Of a stretch of 64,000 nucleotides of DNA, positions 1-11,389 are shown piece by piece. Each line of letters starts with the position of its first letter. The first letter of the stretch is position 1. The stretch is from Candidatus Limnocylindrales bacterium (GTDB lineage: Bacteria; Chloroflexota; Limnocylindria; Limnocylindrales; CSP1-4). Position numbers and translations under genes: made by a program. The stretch lies in NCBI GenBank assembly GCA_035692005.1, contig DASSII010000102.1, forward strand, positions 135 through 64,134, read 5' to 3'. The notes beneath the pieces were generated by a model. It saw only the letters and a list, made by a program, of their open reading frames with translations, did not search any database and was not told where the DNA came from.

Positions 1-44
1 TGCGCGATGTCATCCTGCCCGATCCGGACAAGCGCGCGGGCTGA
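1..44 (+). CDS. 3' end of a gene entering from the left (...LRDVILPDPDKRAG*), product unknown
   Basis: Open frame 3-44 with GC-rich third positions, ending in TGA at 42-44; too short to identify. Confidence 0.4.
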   Translation, partial: RDVILPDPDKRAG

Positions 45-392
45 CGGGGAGCGGGGGCCCGCCGGCGTTCACCACCCGCGGCCGACCACGGCCTGACCTG
101 AGCTGAGGCCGCACGGTCTGGCCTCGCCGGCCAGATGGGCTACCTCCCCGGCCGCCGGGCCCCAACCGAGTGTCAGCCCAGACACACGTTTGCTACGAAC
201 GTGCTGCGGTCAGCGCGGTGCGTCAGCCTCAGACACACATCCGGCACAGCCGAGCGTGATCGAGTGCGGAGGATGCACGCCCTGGTCGATGGGCCGATCG
301 ATCACGAGGCCCTGTCGCGAAAACGTGTCTGGCAGTGACACTCGGGCGGCAGGGACGCCCACCCGGTCGCTGACTCCCCACGTCCCGGTCAG
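41..392. ncRNA. Candidate large structured non-coding RNA/element, family not recognised
   Basis: Nested helices seen by eye: 54-61/156-163, 78-84/149-155, 89-94/106-111, 117-123/129-135, 166-175/336-345, 178-191/321-332, 255-263/298-306; imperfect outer pairing 41-57 with 375-392; lies between convergent genes. Confidence 0.45.
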
Positions 393-410
393 GGCCTTGG
401 GGGCGAGTGG

Positions 411-1076
411 TCAGGCCTTCGCGGCCAGGGCCTCGCGGGCCTTCTCCCAGTCCGAGCGGAACTGGACGATGCCCTTGTCGGTCAGCGGGTGATGGACCAT
501 CTGCTGGAGGACCTTGAACGGCAGGGTCGCGATGTGGGCACCGGCGAGTGCCGCCTGGGTCATGTGCAGCGGGTTGCGGATGGACGCGGCAAGGACCTCC
601 GTGTCGAGCTCGTGGATGGCCACGATCTCGGACAACTCGCGGATGACGATCATGCCGTCCTGATTGATGTCATCGAGCCGCCCGACGAAGGGCGACAACA
701 GGCTCGCCCCGGCCTTGGCCGCGAGCAGGCCCTGGTTGGCCGTGAAGATCAAGGTGCAGTTGGTCTTGATGCCCTCTTCAGCGAAGCGGCTCATCGCCTC
801 GAGGCCTTCCTCGCTCATCGGCACCTTGACCACGATGTTCGGGGCAAGCTTCGCGAACGCCCGACCCTCGCGCAACATGCCCTCGACGTCCTCGGCGACG
901 ACCTCGGCGGAGACCGGCCCGCTGGTGATCGTGCAGATCTCCTTGAGGACCTCCTCGTAGGTCATCCCGCTCGTCTTGGCGAACAGGCTCGGGTTCGTGG
1001 TGACCCCGTCGAGGACGCCCCAGCGGGCGACCGTGCGGATCTCTTCGATGTCCGCAGTGTCGAGGAAGATCTTCAT
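411..1076 (-). CDS. fsa: Transaldolase / fructose-6-phosphate aldolase family (short TalC/FSA type)
   Basis: MKIFLDTA, GVTTNPS, VVKVP (Schiff-base Lys), SPFVGR, LAASIR motifs; 221 aa. Confidence 0.93.
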   Translation of the reverse strand: MKIFLDTADIEEIRTVARWGVLDGVTTNPSLFAKTSGMTYEEVLKEICTITSGPVSAEVVAEDVEGMLREGRAFAKLAPNIVVKVPMSEEGLEAMSRFAEEGIKTNCTLIFTANQGLLAAKAGASLLSPFVGRLDDINQDGMIVIRELSEIVAIHELDTEVLAASIRNPLHMTQAALAGAHIATLPFKVLQQMVHHPLTDKGIVQFRSDWEKAREALAAKA

Positions 1077-1125
1077 GGGCTCGTCTCCAATCGGTCGGGG
1101 GCGCCGATTCTACGCCCGACGGCCG

Positions 1126-3060
<1,935 letters not shown>

Positions 3061-3189
3061 TCAGCATCCTTGCGCGATCCGTTGGCCAGCATCGTCTCGT
3101 GGGACCGGAATCGGACCGGCGAACGATCGAATACCGGGACTCCGCGCCGCAACATGCGCCGGTGTGGCTGCAGGGCTCGGTGCGTCCCA

Positions 3190-4035
3190 TCAACCGCCCC
3201 GGCGAGGCGGCCAGGACCCCGCTGGCGGATCGACCAGGTCGTCGCCCCACAGCTCGGGGCCACAGAAGTAGCCGTTCGGTGGCGCTTCGCCGGTGGGGAC
3301 CGGGCGGACCGTTGACCGATCGGCGAGTGTCCCCGCCAGCCACGCCTCGATCTCGCCGAACGTCGTCCAGCGCTGGAACGGCCAACCGGCCTCGAGGCAG
3401 ATGCGCTCCAGCGAGCGCTTGGCGAACACGACGTCGCTGTAGCCCGCGGCGTATCGATCGCTCTCGCCGTCGCCGATGAACACGACCCGCCGACCGGCCG
3501 CGCGATGGGCGAGGACGCGCTGCCGCTTGCACGTGCCGCACACGAAGCAGGTCGGGTGGCCGTTGGGGAACTCCATCGACGCGCGCCCGCCGGCGAACAC
3601 GGTCCGGGCGGTCACCACGGGGAGCTCCCCGACGCCGAGTGCGACGAGCGCGGGCCGGATGAAATAGCCGAATCCGTCGGACACGATCTCGACCGGGATG
3701 CCGGCCGCCTGCGCGCGGCGGACGAAGGGCACGAACCCAGGATCGTGGGGCTGGGCGGCGGCAGTCGCCAGCAGTGCCGCCTCGTCGGCGTCGACGAAGG
3801 CGATCTCCCACGCCATCAGCCGGCGCGATCCCATCAGCCCGGCGTCGTAGCGTGCGGCGGCCTCCTCCCAGATGTCCGGCGCGTGCTCGGCCATGACGAC
3901 GTCCGTGACATCGGTGAGCGAGATCGTGCCGTCGTAGTCGATGAGGATCGATAGCGGCACGTCACCTGGCCCGACGGGCGGGATCGGCGGATCGACGTCG
4001 GTCGTGTCGCGAACCAATCCGCGCCCGTCCGTCAT
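3190..4035 (-). CDS. HAD-IB family phosphatase, MtnX-like
   Basis: IDYDGTIS, IVSDGF, CGTCK, FIGDGESD motifs; ATG overlaps the TGA of the upstream DMT gene. Confidence 0.8.
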   Translation of the reverse strand: MTDGRGLVRDTTDVDPPIPPVGPGDVPLSILIDYDGTISLTDVTDVVMAEHAPDIWEEAAARYDAGLMGSRRLMAWEIAFVDADEAALLATAAAQPHDPGFVPFVRRAQAAGIPVEIVSDGFGYFIRPALVALGVGELPVVTARTVFAGGRASMEFPNGHPTCFVCGTCKRQRVLAHRAAGRRVVFIGDGESDRYAAGYSDVVFAKRSLERICLEAGWPFQRWTTFGEIEAWLAGTLADRSTVRPVPTGEAPPNGYFCGPELWGDDLVDPPAGSWPPRRGG

Positions 4036-4907
4036 CGGGAACGCGTGCCGGCTTGCCGTCGATAGGCCGCGCGCGTGAGGGCCACCCCACCGATGATGAT
4101 CGCCCCGCCGAGCACCTGTCCGGGCCGGATCGGCTCGCCCAGGATGACGAACGCCAGGACCACGGCCATCGCCGGGACGAGCGCCTGGACGGTGGTGATG
4201 CGCGTCGGACCGAGCAACCGCACGCCGGTGAACACGATGACGTTGGCGAGGGCCGCAGCCAGCAGCCCCGAGTAGGCGATCGACAGGACGATCTGGGGCC
4301 AGGCGGCGACCTGCTCGGGGCCGATGATGCCGGGCGCCAGCAGCTGGCCGAGCCCCACCGGCGCCAGCACCACCGTCCCGCCGACCGTGGCCCACGTGGT
4401 GAGCACCAGCGGGGAGTGGTTGCGCAGGACCATCGCGCCGAACGCGGTGTAGGTCGCCCAGCACAGGGCGGCGGCGACGGTCAGGGCGAAGCCGATGGGC
4501 GACCCGCTCAACTCGATGCCGACGCCGGCGCCGATGACGAGCACGACGCCGACGAACGACAGGACGACGCCCACTGCCTTGCGGGGATTGAGCGTGTCCG
4601 TCCCGATGGCCACGGCGATGACGGCCGTGAACATGGGCGTGGCCGCGATGAGCAGGGCCGAATCGCCGGCCGGGATCGTCTGCAGGCCGACGGTCCAGAG
4701 CATCTGGTAGACGCCGAACCCGAGACCCCCGAGGAGGAGGATCCGCCACGTCGACGGGCGCGGCAGGCGGATCTCCCCCTCCGACCAGCGCAGGAGCGCC
4801 AGCAGGGCGACCGATGCGACGAGATAGCGCGCGAACGTGAAGCCGACGGGCGGCAGGATGCCGATGACGTCCTTGACGACGATGAAGTTCGCCGCCCAGA
4901 CCGCCAT
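4032..4907 (-). CDS. DMT/EamA family transporter (true start may lie up to ~100 nt upstream)
   Basis: About 10 hydrophobic segments, W-x-x-NF start, two EamA-like halves. Confidence 0.85.
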   Translation of the reverse strand: MAVWAANFIVVKDVIGILPPVGFTFARYLVASVALLALLRWSEGEIRLPRPSTWRILLLGGLGFGVYQMLWTVGLQTIPAGDSALLIAATPMFTAVIAVAIGTDTLNPRKAVGVVLSFVGVVLVIGAGVGIELSGSPIGFALTVAAALCWATYTAFGAMVLRNHSPLVLTTWATVGGTVVLAPVGLGQLLAPGIIGPEQVAAWPQIVLSIAYSGLLAAALANVIVFTGVRLLGPTRITTVQALVPAMAVVLAFVILGEPIRPGQVLGGAIIIGGVALTRAAYRRQAGTRSR

Positions 4908-4956
4908 GACGGCGAGGACCGCGAGTTCGACCAGCCGCCGGTCGGTGGACGTTCGA

Positions 4957-4982
4957 ACGCCCGCCGATCGATCGGCGGGCGT
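4957..4982. repeat. Perfect 26-bp palindrome ACGCCCGCCGATC/GATCGGCGGGCGT
   Basis: Read directly from sequence. Confidence 0.9.
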
Positions 4983-5011
4983 CCGCTCAGGCGCGGGGAC
5001 GGACGAGTCGA

Positions 5012-5167
5012 TCAGGCGCCGTCGCGATCGAGTTCGAGCAGCTCCTCATCCGCCTCTTCGGTCAGCTTGAGCCAGACGAACAACCCCGCCAGCACGACGA
5101 GCGGGATGACGATCAGCGCCGCCAGCGTGATGCCGAGCGCGACGGCGACGGTCTTGAGAGCCTTCAT
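5012..5167 (-). CDS. Small (51 aa) single-pass membrane protein, absent from the ORF track
   Basis: GGAGGT SD then ATG; MKALKTVAVALGITLAALIVIPLVVLAGLFVWLKLTEEADEELLELDRDGA*; one TM helix and an acidic tail. Confidence 0.75.
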   Translation of the reverse strand: MKALKTVAVALGITLAALIVIPLVVLAGLFVWLKLTEEADEELLELDRDGA

Positions 5168-5203
5168 GGCGATACCTCCGAAGTCCTGGTGTCGGTCGTC
5201 TGG

Positions 5204-5740
5204 TCAGACGTTGGTGGTGCTGCTCGGCGTCGCGCCGGGCATCGTCACCGGATGCCGGTGACTCGGGCCGCTGGCCACCATCTGGGCGATGTCGTCGCGG
5301 GTGAACTCGGCGAGCTCGTGATGGCTGCCGGCCGCCCCGGCCACCATCAGCCGGACGACGAACGCGCCGTCCTGCTCGAAGAAGAAGACGTCGCGCGGCT
5401 TCTGCTCGTCCATGTAGCGACCGAGCACCCGGAACGCCGTCTCGTAGTAGCCCGCCTCGTGGACCGGCGGGGGTGGCGTGCGGCCGCGCCGCGCAGCCGC
5501 CTCTTCCATGAACCGGGCGATGTCGTCGTCGAGGAACGTCAGGGTCTCCTTGACCTGCGTGCCCATCGACTCGGACCAGGTGCCACCGGCCTGGCCGGCG
5601 ACCACGATGCCCTGCACGATGAACCCGTCCGGCGCCTCCACCAGGAGGACGTCCTTCATGCCGCGCTGATCGAGGAACGCGCCGATCGAGCGGAAGACCT
5701 CCTCGAAGTCCTGCCGCGGGCTGCCCTCGTAGATGCGCAT
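5204..5740 (-). CDS. Hypothetical protein with two similar internal halves
   Basis: GAGGAGG SD; FEEVFRSIGAFLDQRGMKDVLLVE resembles YETAFRVLGRYMDEQKPRDVFFFE. Confidence 0.8.
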   Translation of the reverse strand: MRIYEGSPRQDFEEVFRSIGAFLDQRGMKDVLLVEAPDGFIVQGIVVAGQAGGTWSESMGTQVKETLTFLDDDIARFMEEAAARRGRTPPPPVHEAGYYETAFRVLGRYMDEQKPRDVFFFEQDGAFVVRLMVAGAAGSHHELAEFTRDDIAQMVASGPSHRHPVTMPGATPSSTTNV

Positions 5741-5906
5741 GCGGAGCGGTCCTCCTCAGGAGATCCGGGATCCGGTCCGGCAAGCCCGCGAGTCCTTGGC
5801 GCGGTGCTCACGTGGGACGGGTGATCTCGGTGGTCGCGAGTGTAACGAGCGACCGTTCGCCCAGCAACAGGACGAATGACCGCGGCCGCCGGGTCAGGCC
5901 CCGCCC

Positions 5907-6851
<945 letters not shown>

Positions 6852-6936
6852 CAGCTCGGGCCCGATGGCGGGGTGCTCGAGACGCCGGGCGAAACAGGCA
6901 TGTCCGAAGCGTACTGCCGACGCTAGGCTGTCGGCC

Positions 6937-9033
6937 ATGCCGAGCCGCCGACCGATGACCCCGCCCGATCTGCGTCGCGTCGTCGCGGTCGAGGAGCTGG
7001 ACCTGGGCACGGACGGCCGGACGGCGATCGTGGTGCGCCGAACGATCCGTGGCGACCGCTACGTGTCGCACCTCGTCGCGATCGATCTGACCGCCCGCCG
7101 CCGCATCCCTCGTCCGGTCACGTTGACGACAGGCACGACCCGCGACACGCGTCCTCGACTGTCGCCCGACGGCCACAGCCTCGCCTTCGTCCGCGCCGAT
7201 CCGACCGATGACGCCGCGGTGGCCGCCCTCCAGATGCTCGACATCCGCGGCCCGCGGCTGGTTCGAGCGGTGCGGCCCGGCCGCCACGGCGCCGTCGGAG
7301 AGGTTGCCTGGTCGCCGGACGGACGACGCATCGCGTTCACCGCGGAGGTCGATCCGCCGCGGTTCCTCGTCGGGCGCGTGCCGCCCATCTCGGGCCGTGG
7401 CCCGGCGACCGACACCCAGGAGCCCCTCGCCCGCCGGATCACGCGCACCGACTGGCGCTGGGACGAGGAGGGTCATCGCGACCGCTGGTCGCACCTGTTC
7501 GTCGTCGACGCTCGAGCCGGCGCTCGTCCGCGCCAGGTGACGCACGGGGACTTCGGGGTCGAGGATATCGCCTGGCACCCGGACGGACGGACGGTCGCCT
7601 TCACGACGGACCGCGGTCCCGAGCCGGACCTCCATCCGCGGACGACGATCTGGGCGGTCGACGTCGACGCGGCCCAGCCGGCGGAGGACGCCGCGGGGGC
7701 TGAGCCGTGGGAGGTGGTGGCCGCCGCCGGCTGGGCGAACCACCCGGCGTGGTCGCCCGACGGGCGCTGGATCGCGGCCGTCGGCATCCTCGAGCCGGAG
7801 CCGCTCGACGACCTGAGCCCCGGCCTGATCCTCGGCCCGGCCGACGGCTCGCGAGCGCCGATCGCCCTGGCACCGGAGCTCGATCGACCGGTCGGCAACT
7901 GGGTCGATACGGACCTCAACGGCTGGATGGTGAGCGGCCGCCACGGCCCGCTGTGGCTCGATGAGCGGACGATCGTCGCGACCATCTCCGATGGCGGTCG
8001 GTCGCATCCATGGACGTTCGACATCGACCCGCGAACGGGCCACCCACGTGGCCATCGCCGTGCGGCCGACGGCGATGCCACGACCCACACCATCGCCGTG
8101 GCACGGAACGGGGTCGCCGCCGCGCTCGGGACGATCGGCACCCGGGCGATGGAGCTGCTGACGTTCGACCCCCGGGCGCGCGACGCGTCCACGGATGACG
8201 GCTGGACCACGCGCTCCAGTCTCGGCTCGCGCTGGCAAGCCGCCTTCGAGCAGCCGACGATGCGCCTCGTCCAGGCCCCGGGCGCGGGCGGCCCGATCGA
8301 TGTCCGCATCGTCAGCCCGCACGGAGCCGGCGACGGGCCGCTGCCGACCATCGTCGATGTCCATGGCGGTCCGCTCGGTGCCTGGGCCCCCGCTCCGCAC
8401 CTCGAGGTCTTCCTGCTCGCCGCCCGCGGCTACCGGGTCATCCTTCCGAACATCCGCGGCTCGGCGACGTACGGCCGGGAGTGGATCCGGCCACAACTCG
8501 GCGATTGGGGCGGAGTCGACGCCGCCGACGTGCACGCCGCCATCGATCACGTGGTGGGCATCGGCCTGGCCGATGCCGACCGGCTGGGCGTCCTCGGCCT
8601 GAGCTATGGGGGGTTCATGGTGCATTGGCTCGTCGGCACGACCGACCGCTTCCGGGCGGCGGTGTCCGAGAACGGCGTCGCCAACCAGGTCTCGGCCTGG
8701 GCCAACTCCGACAGCGGCCCCGAGTACGACCGCGCGGCACTGATGGGCGATCCGTTCTCCCCGTCCGGTGTCGACAAGCTCTGGCGCCAGTCACCCCTGC
8801 GCAACGTGGCCAATGTGCGGACCCCGCTGCTGATGCTCCAGGCGGAGGCGGACCTGCGTTGCCCGCCCCAGGACAACGAGCAGTTCTTCATCGCGCTGCG
8901 CCACCTTGGGCGAGTCGTCGAGTACGTCCTCTATCCCGGCGAGTCGCACGTCTACGCGTCAGCGGGCCGGCCCGACCGGCGGATCGACCGGATGACCCGC
9001 CTGCTCGACTGGTTCGATCGGTACCTGCGCTGA
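6937..9033 (+). CDS. S9 family peptidase (prolyl oligopeptidase/acylaminoacyl peptidase-like) with WD40-like propeller
   Basis: SPDG/WSPDG repeats, VHGGP, GLSYGG nucleophile, DLRCP, ESH; TAGGCT -10 box 7 nt upstream of ATG. Confidence 0.92.
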   Translation: MPSRRPMTPPDLRRVVAVEELDLGTDGRTAIVVRRTIRGDRYVSHLVAIDLTARRRIPRPVTLTTGTTRDTRPRLSPDGHSLAFVRADPTDDAAVAALQMLDIRGPRLVRAVRPGRHGAVGEVAWSPDGRRIAFTAEVDPPRFLVGRVPPISGRGPATDTQEPLARRITRTDWRWDEEGHRDRWSHLFVVDARAGARPRQVTHGDFGVEDIAWHPDGRTVAFTTDRGPEPDLHPRTTIWAVDVDAAQPAEDAAGAEPWEVVAAAGWANHPAWSPDGRWIAAVGILEPEPLDDLSPGLILGPADGSRAPIALAPELDRPVGNWVDTDLNGWMVSGRHGPLWLDERTIVATISDGGRSHPWTFDIDPRTGHPRGHRRAADGDATTHTIAVARNGVAAALGTIGTRAMELLTFDPRARDASTDDGWTTRSSLGSRWQAAFEQPTMRLVQAPGAGGPIDVRIVSPHGAGDGPLPTIVDVHGGPLGAWAPAPHLEVFLLAARGYRVILPNIRGSATYGREWIRPQLGDWGGVDAADVHAAIDHVVGIGLADADRLGVLGLSYGGFMVHWLVGTTDRFRAAVSENGVANQVSAWANSDSGPEYDRAALMGDPFSPSGVDKLWRQSPLRNVANVRTPLLMLQAEADLRCPPQDNEQFFIALRHLGRVVEYVLYPGESHVYASAGRPDRRIDRMTRLLDWFDRYLR

Positions 9034-9055
9034 AGCGCTACCTGCGCTGAAGCGC
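9022..9055 (+). repeat. 17-bp tandem duplication TACCTGCGCTGAAGCGC x2 spanning the S9 stop codon
   Basis: Read directly from sequence. Confidence 0.9.
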
Positions 9056-9093
9056 TCCCTGTGCTGACTGGACACGACCCGCATCATCGGTCG

Positions 9094-10695
9094 ATGACGA
9101 CCCTGCGCCGACCCCGCCGCCTCCGAACCGTCGCGCTCCTGGCCAGCGTCGCGCCGATGCTGCTCGCCCCGGTCTCCGTCAGGGCCAACGAGTTCCCGAA
9201 GGGCTACGAGGGCTATCACACCTATGCCGAGCTGGCGGCCGCGGTGGCGGCGACCGCCGACGCACACCCGACGATCGCCCAGCGCTTCAGCATCGGGACG
9301 AGCTACCAGGGCCGCCAGCTGTGGGCCATGAAGATCTCCGACAACGTGGCCACGGATGAGAACGAACCCGAGGTCATGTACGACGGCGGGCATCATGCCG
9401 ACGAGCACATGGGCGTCGAGATGGCGCTGCGGATCATGCACTGGCTGGCCGACGGCTACGGGTCGGACCCGCGCATCACGAACATCGTCAACACGCGCGA
9501 GATCTGGATCCTGTTCAACGTCAACCCCGACGGCTCGGAGCGCGACATCGCCGCCGGCCGATTCCACTACTGGCGCAAGAACCGCCAGCCGACGTCCGGC
9601 ACGCCCTACATCGGCACGGACCTGAACCGCAATTACGGCTATCGCTGGGGCGGCGGCGGACGGACGAGCTCCAACCCGCAAGCCATCACCTATCGGGGCC
9701 CCAAGGCGTTCTCGGCGCCGGAGACCCGAGCGGTCCGCGACTTCCTCGCCAGTCGGGTGGTCGGCGGCCGCCAGCAGATCCGGGCCGCCATCACCTTCCA
9801 CGAGGCAGGACGACTGGTCATGTGGCCGTACGGCTATACGACCACCAACGTCCCGGGCGACATGACCACGCCGGATCACGACGCGCTGGTCCGCATCGGC
9901 AAGGTGATGGCCGCCAGCAACGGCTATCGGCCCGAACAGGCCAGCGACCTGTACATCACCTCCGGCACGTCCCGCGACTTCGCCTACGGCCTGTACCGGA
10001 TCTTCTCGTACACGTTCGAGATGTCGAACGGCGACTACCTCGACGATGCCCGGATCGCCAGCGAGACCGGTCGCAACAAGGAGGCCGTGCTCTACCTGGC
10101 CGAGCGGGCGTGGTGCCCGTACAGCGTCCTCGGGACGTCCATGCGGACGGCGCGCTGTGGCGCGTTCGACGATGACTTCGAGGTGCGCAGGGGCTGGACG
10201 ACCGATCCCGACGGCACCGATACGGCCACGAGCGGACGGTTCGCGCGCGCCAATCCGGTGCCGACGTACTCGAGCGGCCCCAAGCAGCTGGGCAAGGTCT
10301 GGTCGGGCTCGATCGCCTTCGTCACCGGCGCGGCGGCCGGCAGCTCCGCCAACGCGAACGACCTCGACGGGCGGACGTCGATGCGCTCGCCTGTCATCAC
10401 CCTCCCGGTCACGACGGGCCAGCGCCTGTTCTTCCGCTACGTCTTCGCCCACGGCGCAAACTCGTCGTCCAGCGATCGGCTCGTCGCCAGCATCGAGAGC
10501 GGCGGGACGAGAACGCCGGTCGCCACGATCAGCGGATCGGGCAGCGATGTCGACGGGGCGTGGCGCTTCCGCTACGTGAACCTCGACGCCTGGGCCGGCC
10601 AGACCATCCGGATCCACTTCGCGGCGACCGATGGCGGGAGCAACAGCCTGGTCGAGGTCGAGATCGACGACGTGCGGGTCACCCGAGGGACGTAG
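9094..10695 (+). CDS. Secreted M14 zinc carboxypeptidase (carboxypeptidase T-like) with C-terminal beta-sandwich domain
   Basis: Signal peptide; HHADE (HxxE), WRKNR, DLNRN, FSAPET, ITFHE, TFEM motifs. Confidence 0.9.
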   Translation: MTTLRRPRRLRTVALLASVAPMLLAPVSVRANEFPKGYEGYHTYAELAAAVAATADAHPTIAQRFSIGTSYQGRQLWAMKISDNVATDENEPEVMYDGGHHADEHMGVEMALRIMHWLADGYGSDPRITNIVNTREIWILFNVNPDGSERDIAAGRFHYWRKNRQPTSGTPYIGTDLNRNYGYRWGGGGRTSSNPQAITYRGPKAFSAPETRAVRDFLASRVVGGRQQIRAAITFHEAGRLVMWPYGYTTTNVPGDMTTPDHDALVRIGKVMAASNGYRPEQASDLYITSGTSRDFAYGLYRIFSYTFEMSNGDYLDDARIASETGRNKEAVLYLAERAWCPYSVLGTSMRTARCGAFDDDFEVRRGWTTDPDGTDTATSGRFARANPVPTYSSGPKQLGKVWSGSIAFVTGAAAGSSANANDLDGRTSMRSPVITLPVTTGQRLFFRYVFAHGANSSSSDRLVASIESGGTRTPVATISGSGSDVDGAWRFRYVNLDAWAGQTIRIHFAATDGGSNSLVEVEIDDVRVTRGT

Positions 10696-10700
10696 CGTCG

Positions 10701-11096
10701 TCAGCGCGGCGAGAGCGTCGCGAGCCCGACGAGCCCGGCTGCATCGATCATGCGGCTGTCATACGTCACGATCGTTTCGAGGTCGTCGCCCACGGCGAGT
10801 GCCGTCGCCAAGTGGATCGCGTCGAGGGTGCGCATCACCTCCGGGGCGAGGATGCCGGCAGCGTCGAGGATCCGGTCGTCGATCGCGATGAGATCGATCC
10901 GGCGGAGGCCCTCGCGGATGAGCGCGAGCGCCTCTGGGCCGAGATGCCGGACCGCTCGAAGGGACTCGGTGCGCAGCAACCCTGACGATACGAATCGGGT
11001 GTCCTGCGTCGCGAGATGTGCTCGCAGTGCAACGGACTCGGCCTCCTCGACCAACAGCTTCACGAACGCGGAGCTGTCGAGGTAGACCGCCCTCAA
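10701..11096 (-). CDS. vapC: VapC family PIN-domain toxin
   Basis: YLDSSAFVKL, E, RTLDAIHLATA, TYD PIN residues; TTG start overlaps antitoxin stop. Confidence 0.92.
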   Translation of the reverse strand: MRAVYLDSSAFVKLLVEEAESVALRAHLATQDTRFVSSGLLRTESLRAVRHLGPEALALIREGLRRIDLIAIDDRILDAAGILAPEVMRTLDAIHLATALAVGDDLETIVTYDSRMIDAAGLVGLATLSPR

Positions 11097-11356
11097 TCCG
11101 CGCGACCCTCGGAGACGATCTCTGACGGTGGCCGGACGCCGGCGGGAAGGCGCATCGGCTCGAGCTCCAGCAACCTGCCCACCGCCCGTCGCAACAGACC
11201 CTCACGCTCCAGCCTGGCAAGACCGGATGGCATCGACTTCGTCAGGACGGCCACCGGTCGGCCGCGATCGGTGACCTCGATCGTCTCGCCGGCGGCTACG
11301 CGTCGAAGGGCCCCACTGGCATCACGACGCAACTCCCGCACTCCGATCCGTTCCAT
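11093..11356 (-). CDS. vapB: Phd/YefM-type antitoxin (VapB)
   Basis: MERIGVRELR, V-x-x-GE-x-I-x-VT-x-RGRPVA Phd fold; directly upstream of the PIN toxin. Confidence 0.9.
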   Translation of the reverse strand: MERIGVRELRRDASGALRRVAAGETIEVTDRGRPVAVLTKSMPSGLARLEREGLLRRAVGRLLELEPMRLPAGVRPPSEIVSEGRAD

Positions 11357-11376
11357 GTGCGACATGGTAGCACATG
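11354..11376 (-). promoter_or_regulatory. TA autoregulatory operator (CATGTGC-N9-GCACATG) overlapping a TACCAT -10 box and the start codon
   Basis: Perfect 7-bp inverted repeat; -10 box 7 nt upstream of ATG. Confidence 0.6.
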
Positions 11377-11389
11377 GCAATGGCGGCGG

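Noticed and set aside
41-392. tmRNA, RNase P RNA, SRP RNA or a known riboswitch
   Set aside because: No tRNA-like ends or CCA and no plausible tag (only GCA AAC GTG TGT CTG GGC TGA); no GAGGAAAGTCC; the short matches to SRP (GGGGAGGTAGC, CAGGTCAGG) are not followed by the helix-8 GGAAGGAAGCAGC motif
135-492. Short ORFs 135-338 and 190-492 in the structured region
   Set aside because: No SD or leaderless -10, low-complexity Arg/Ala/Pro composition, no recognisable motif
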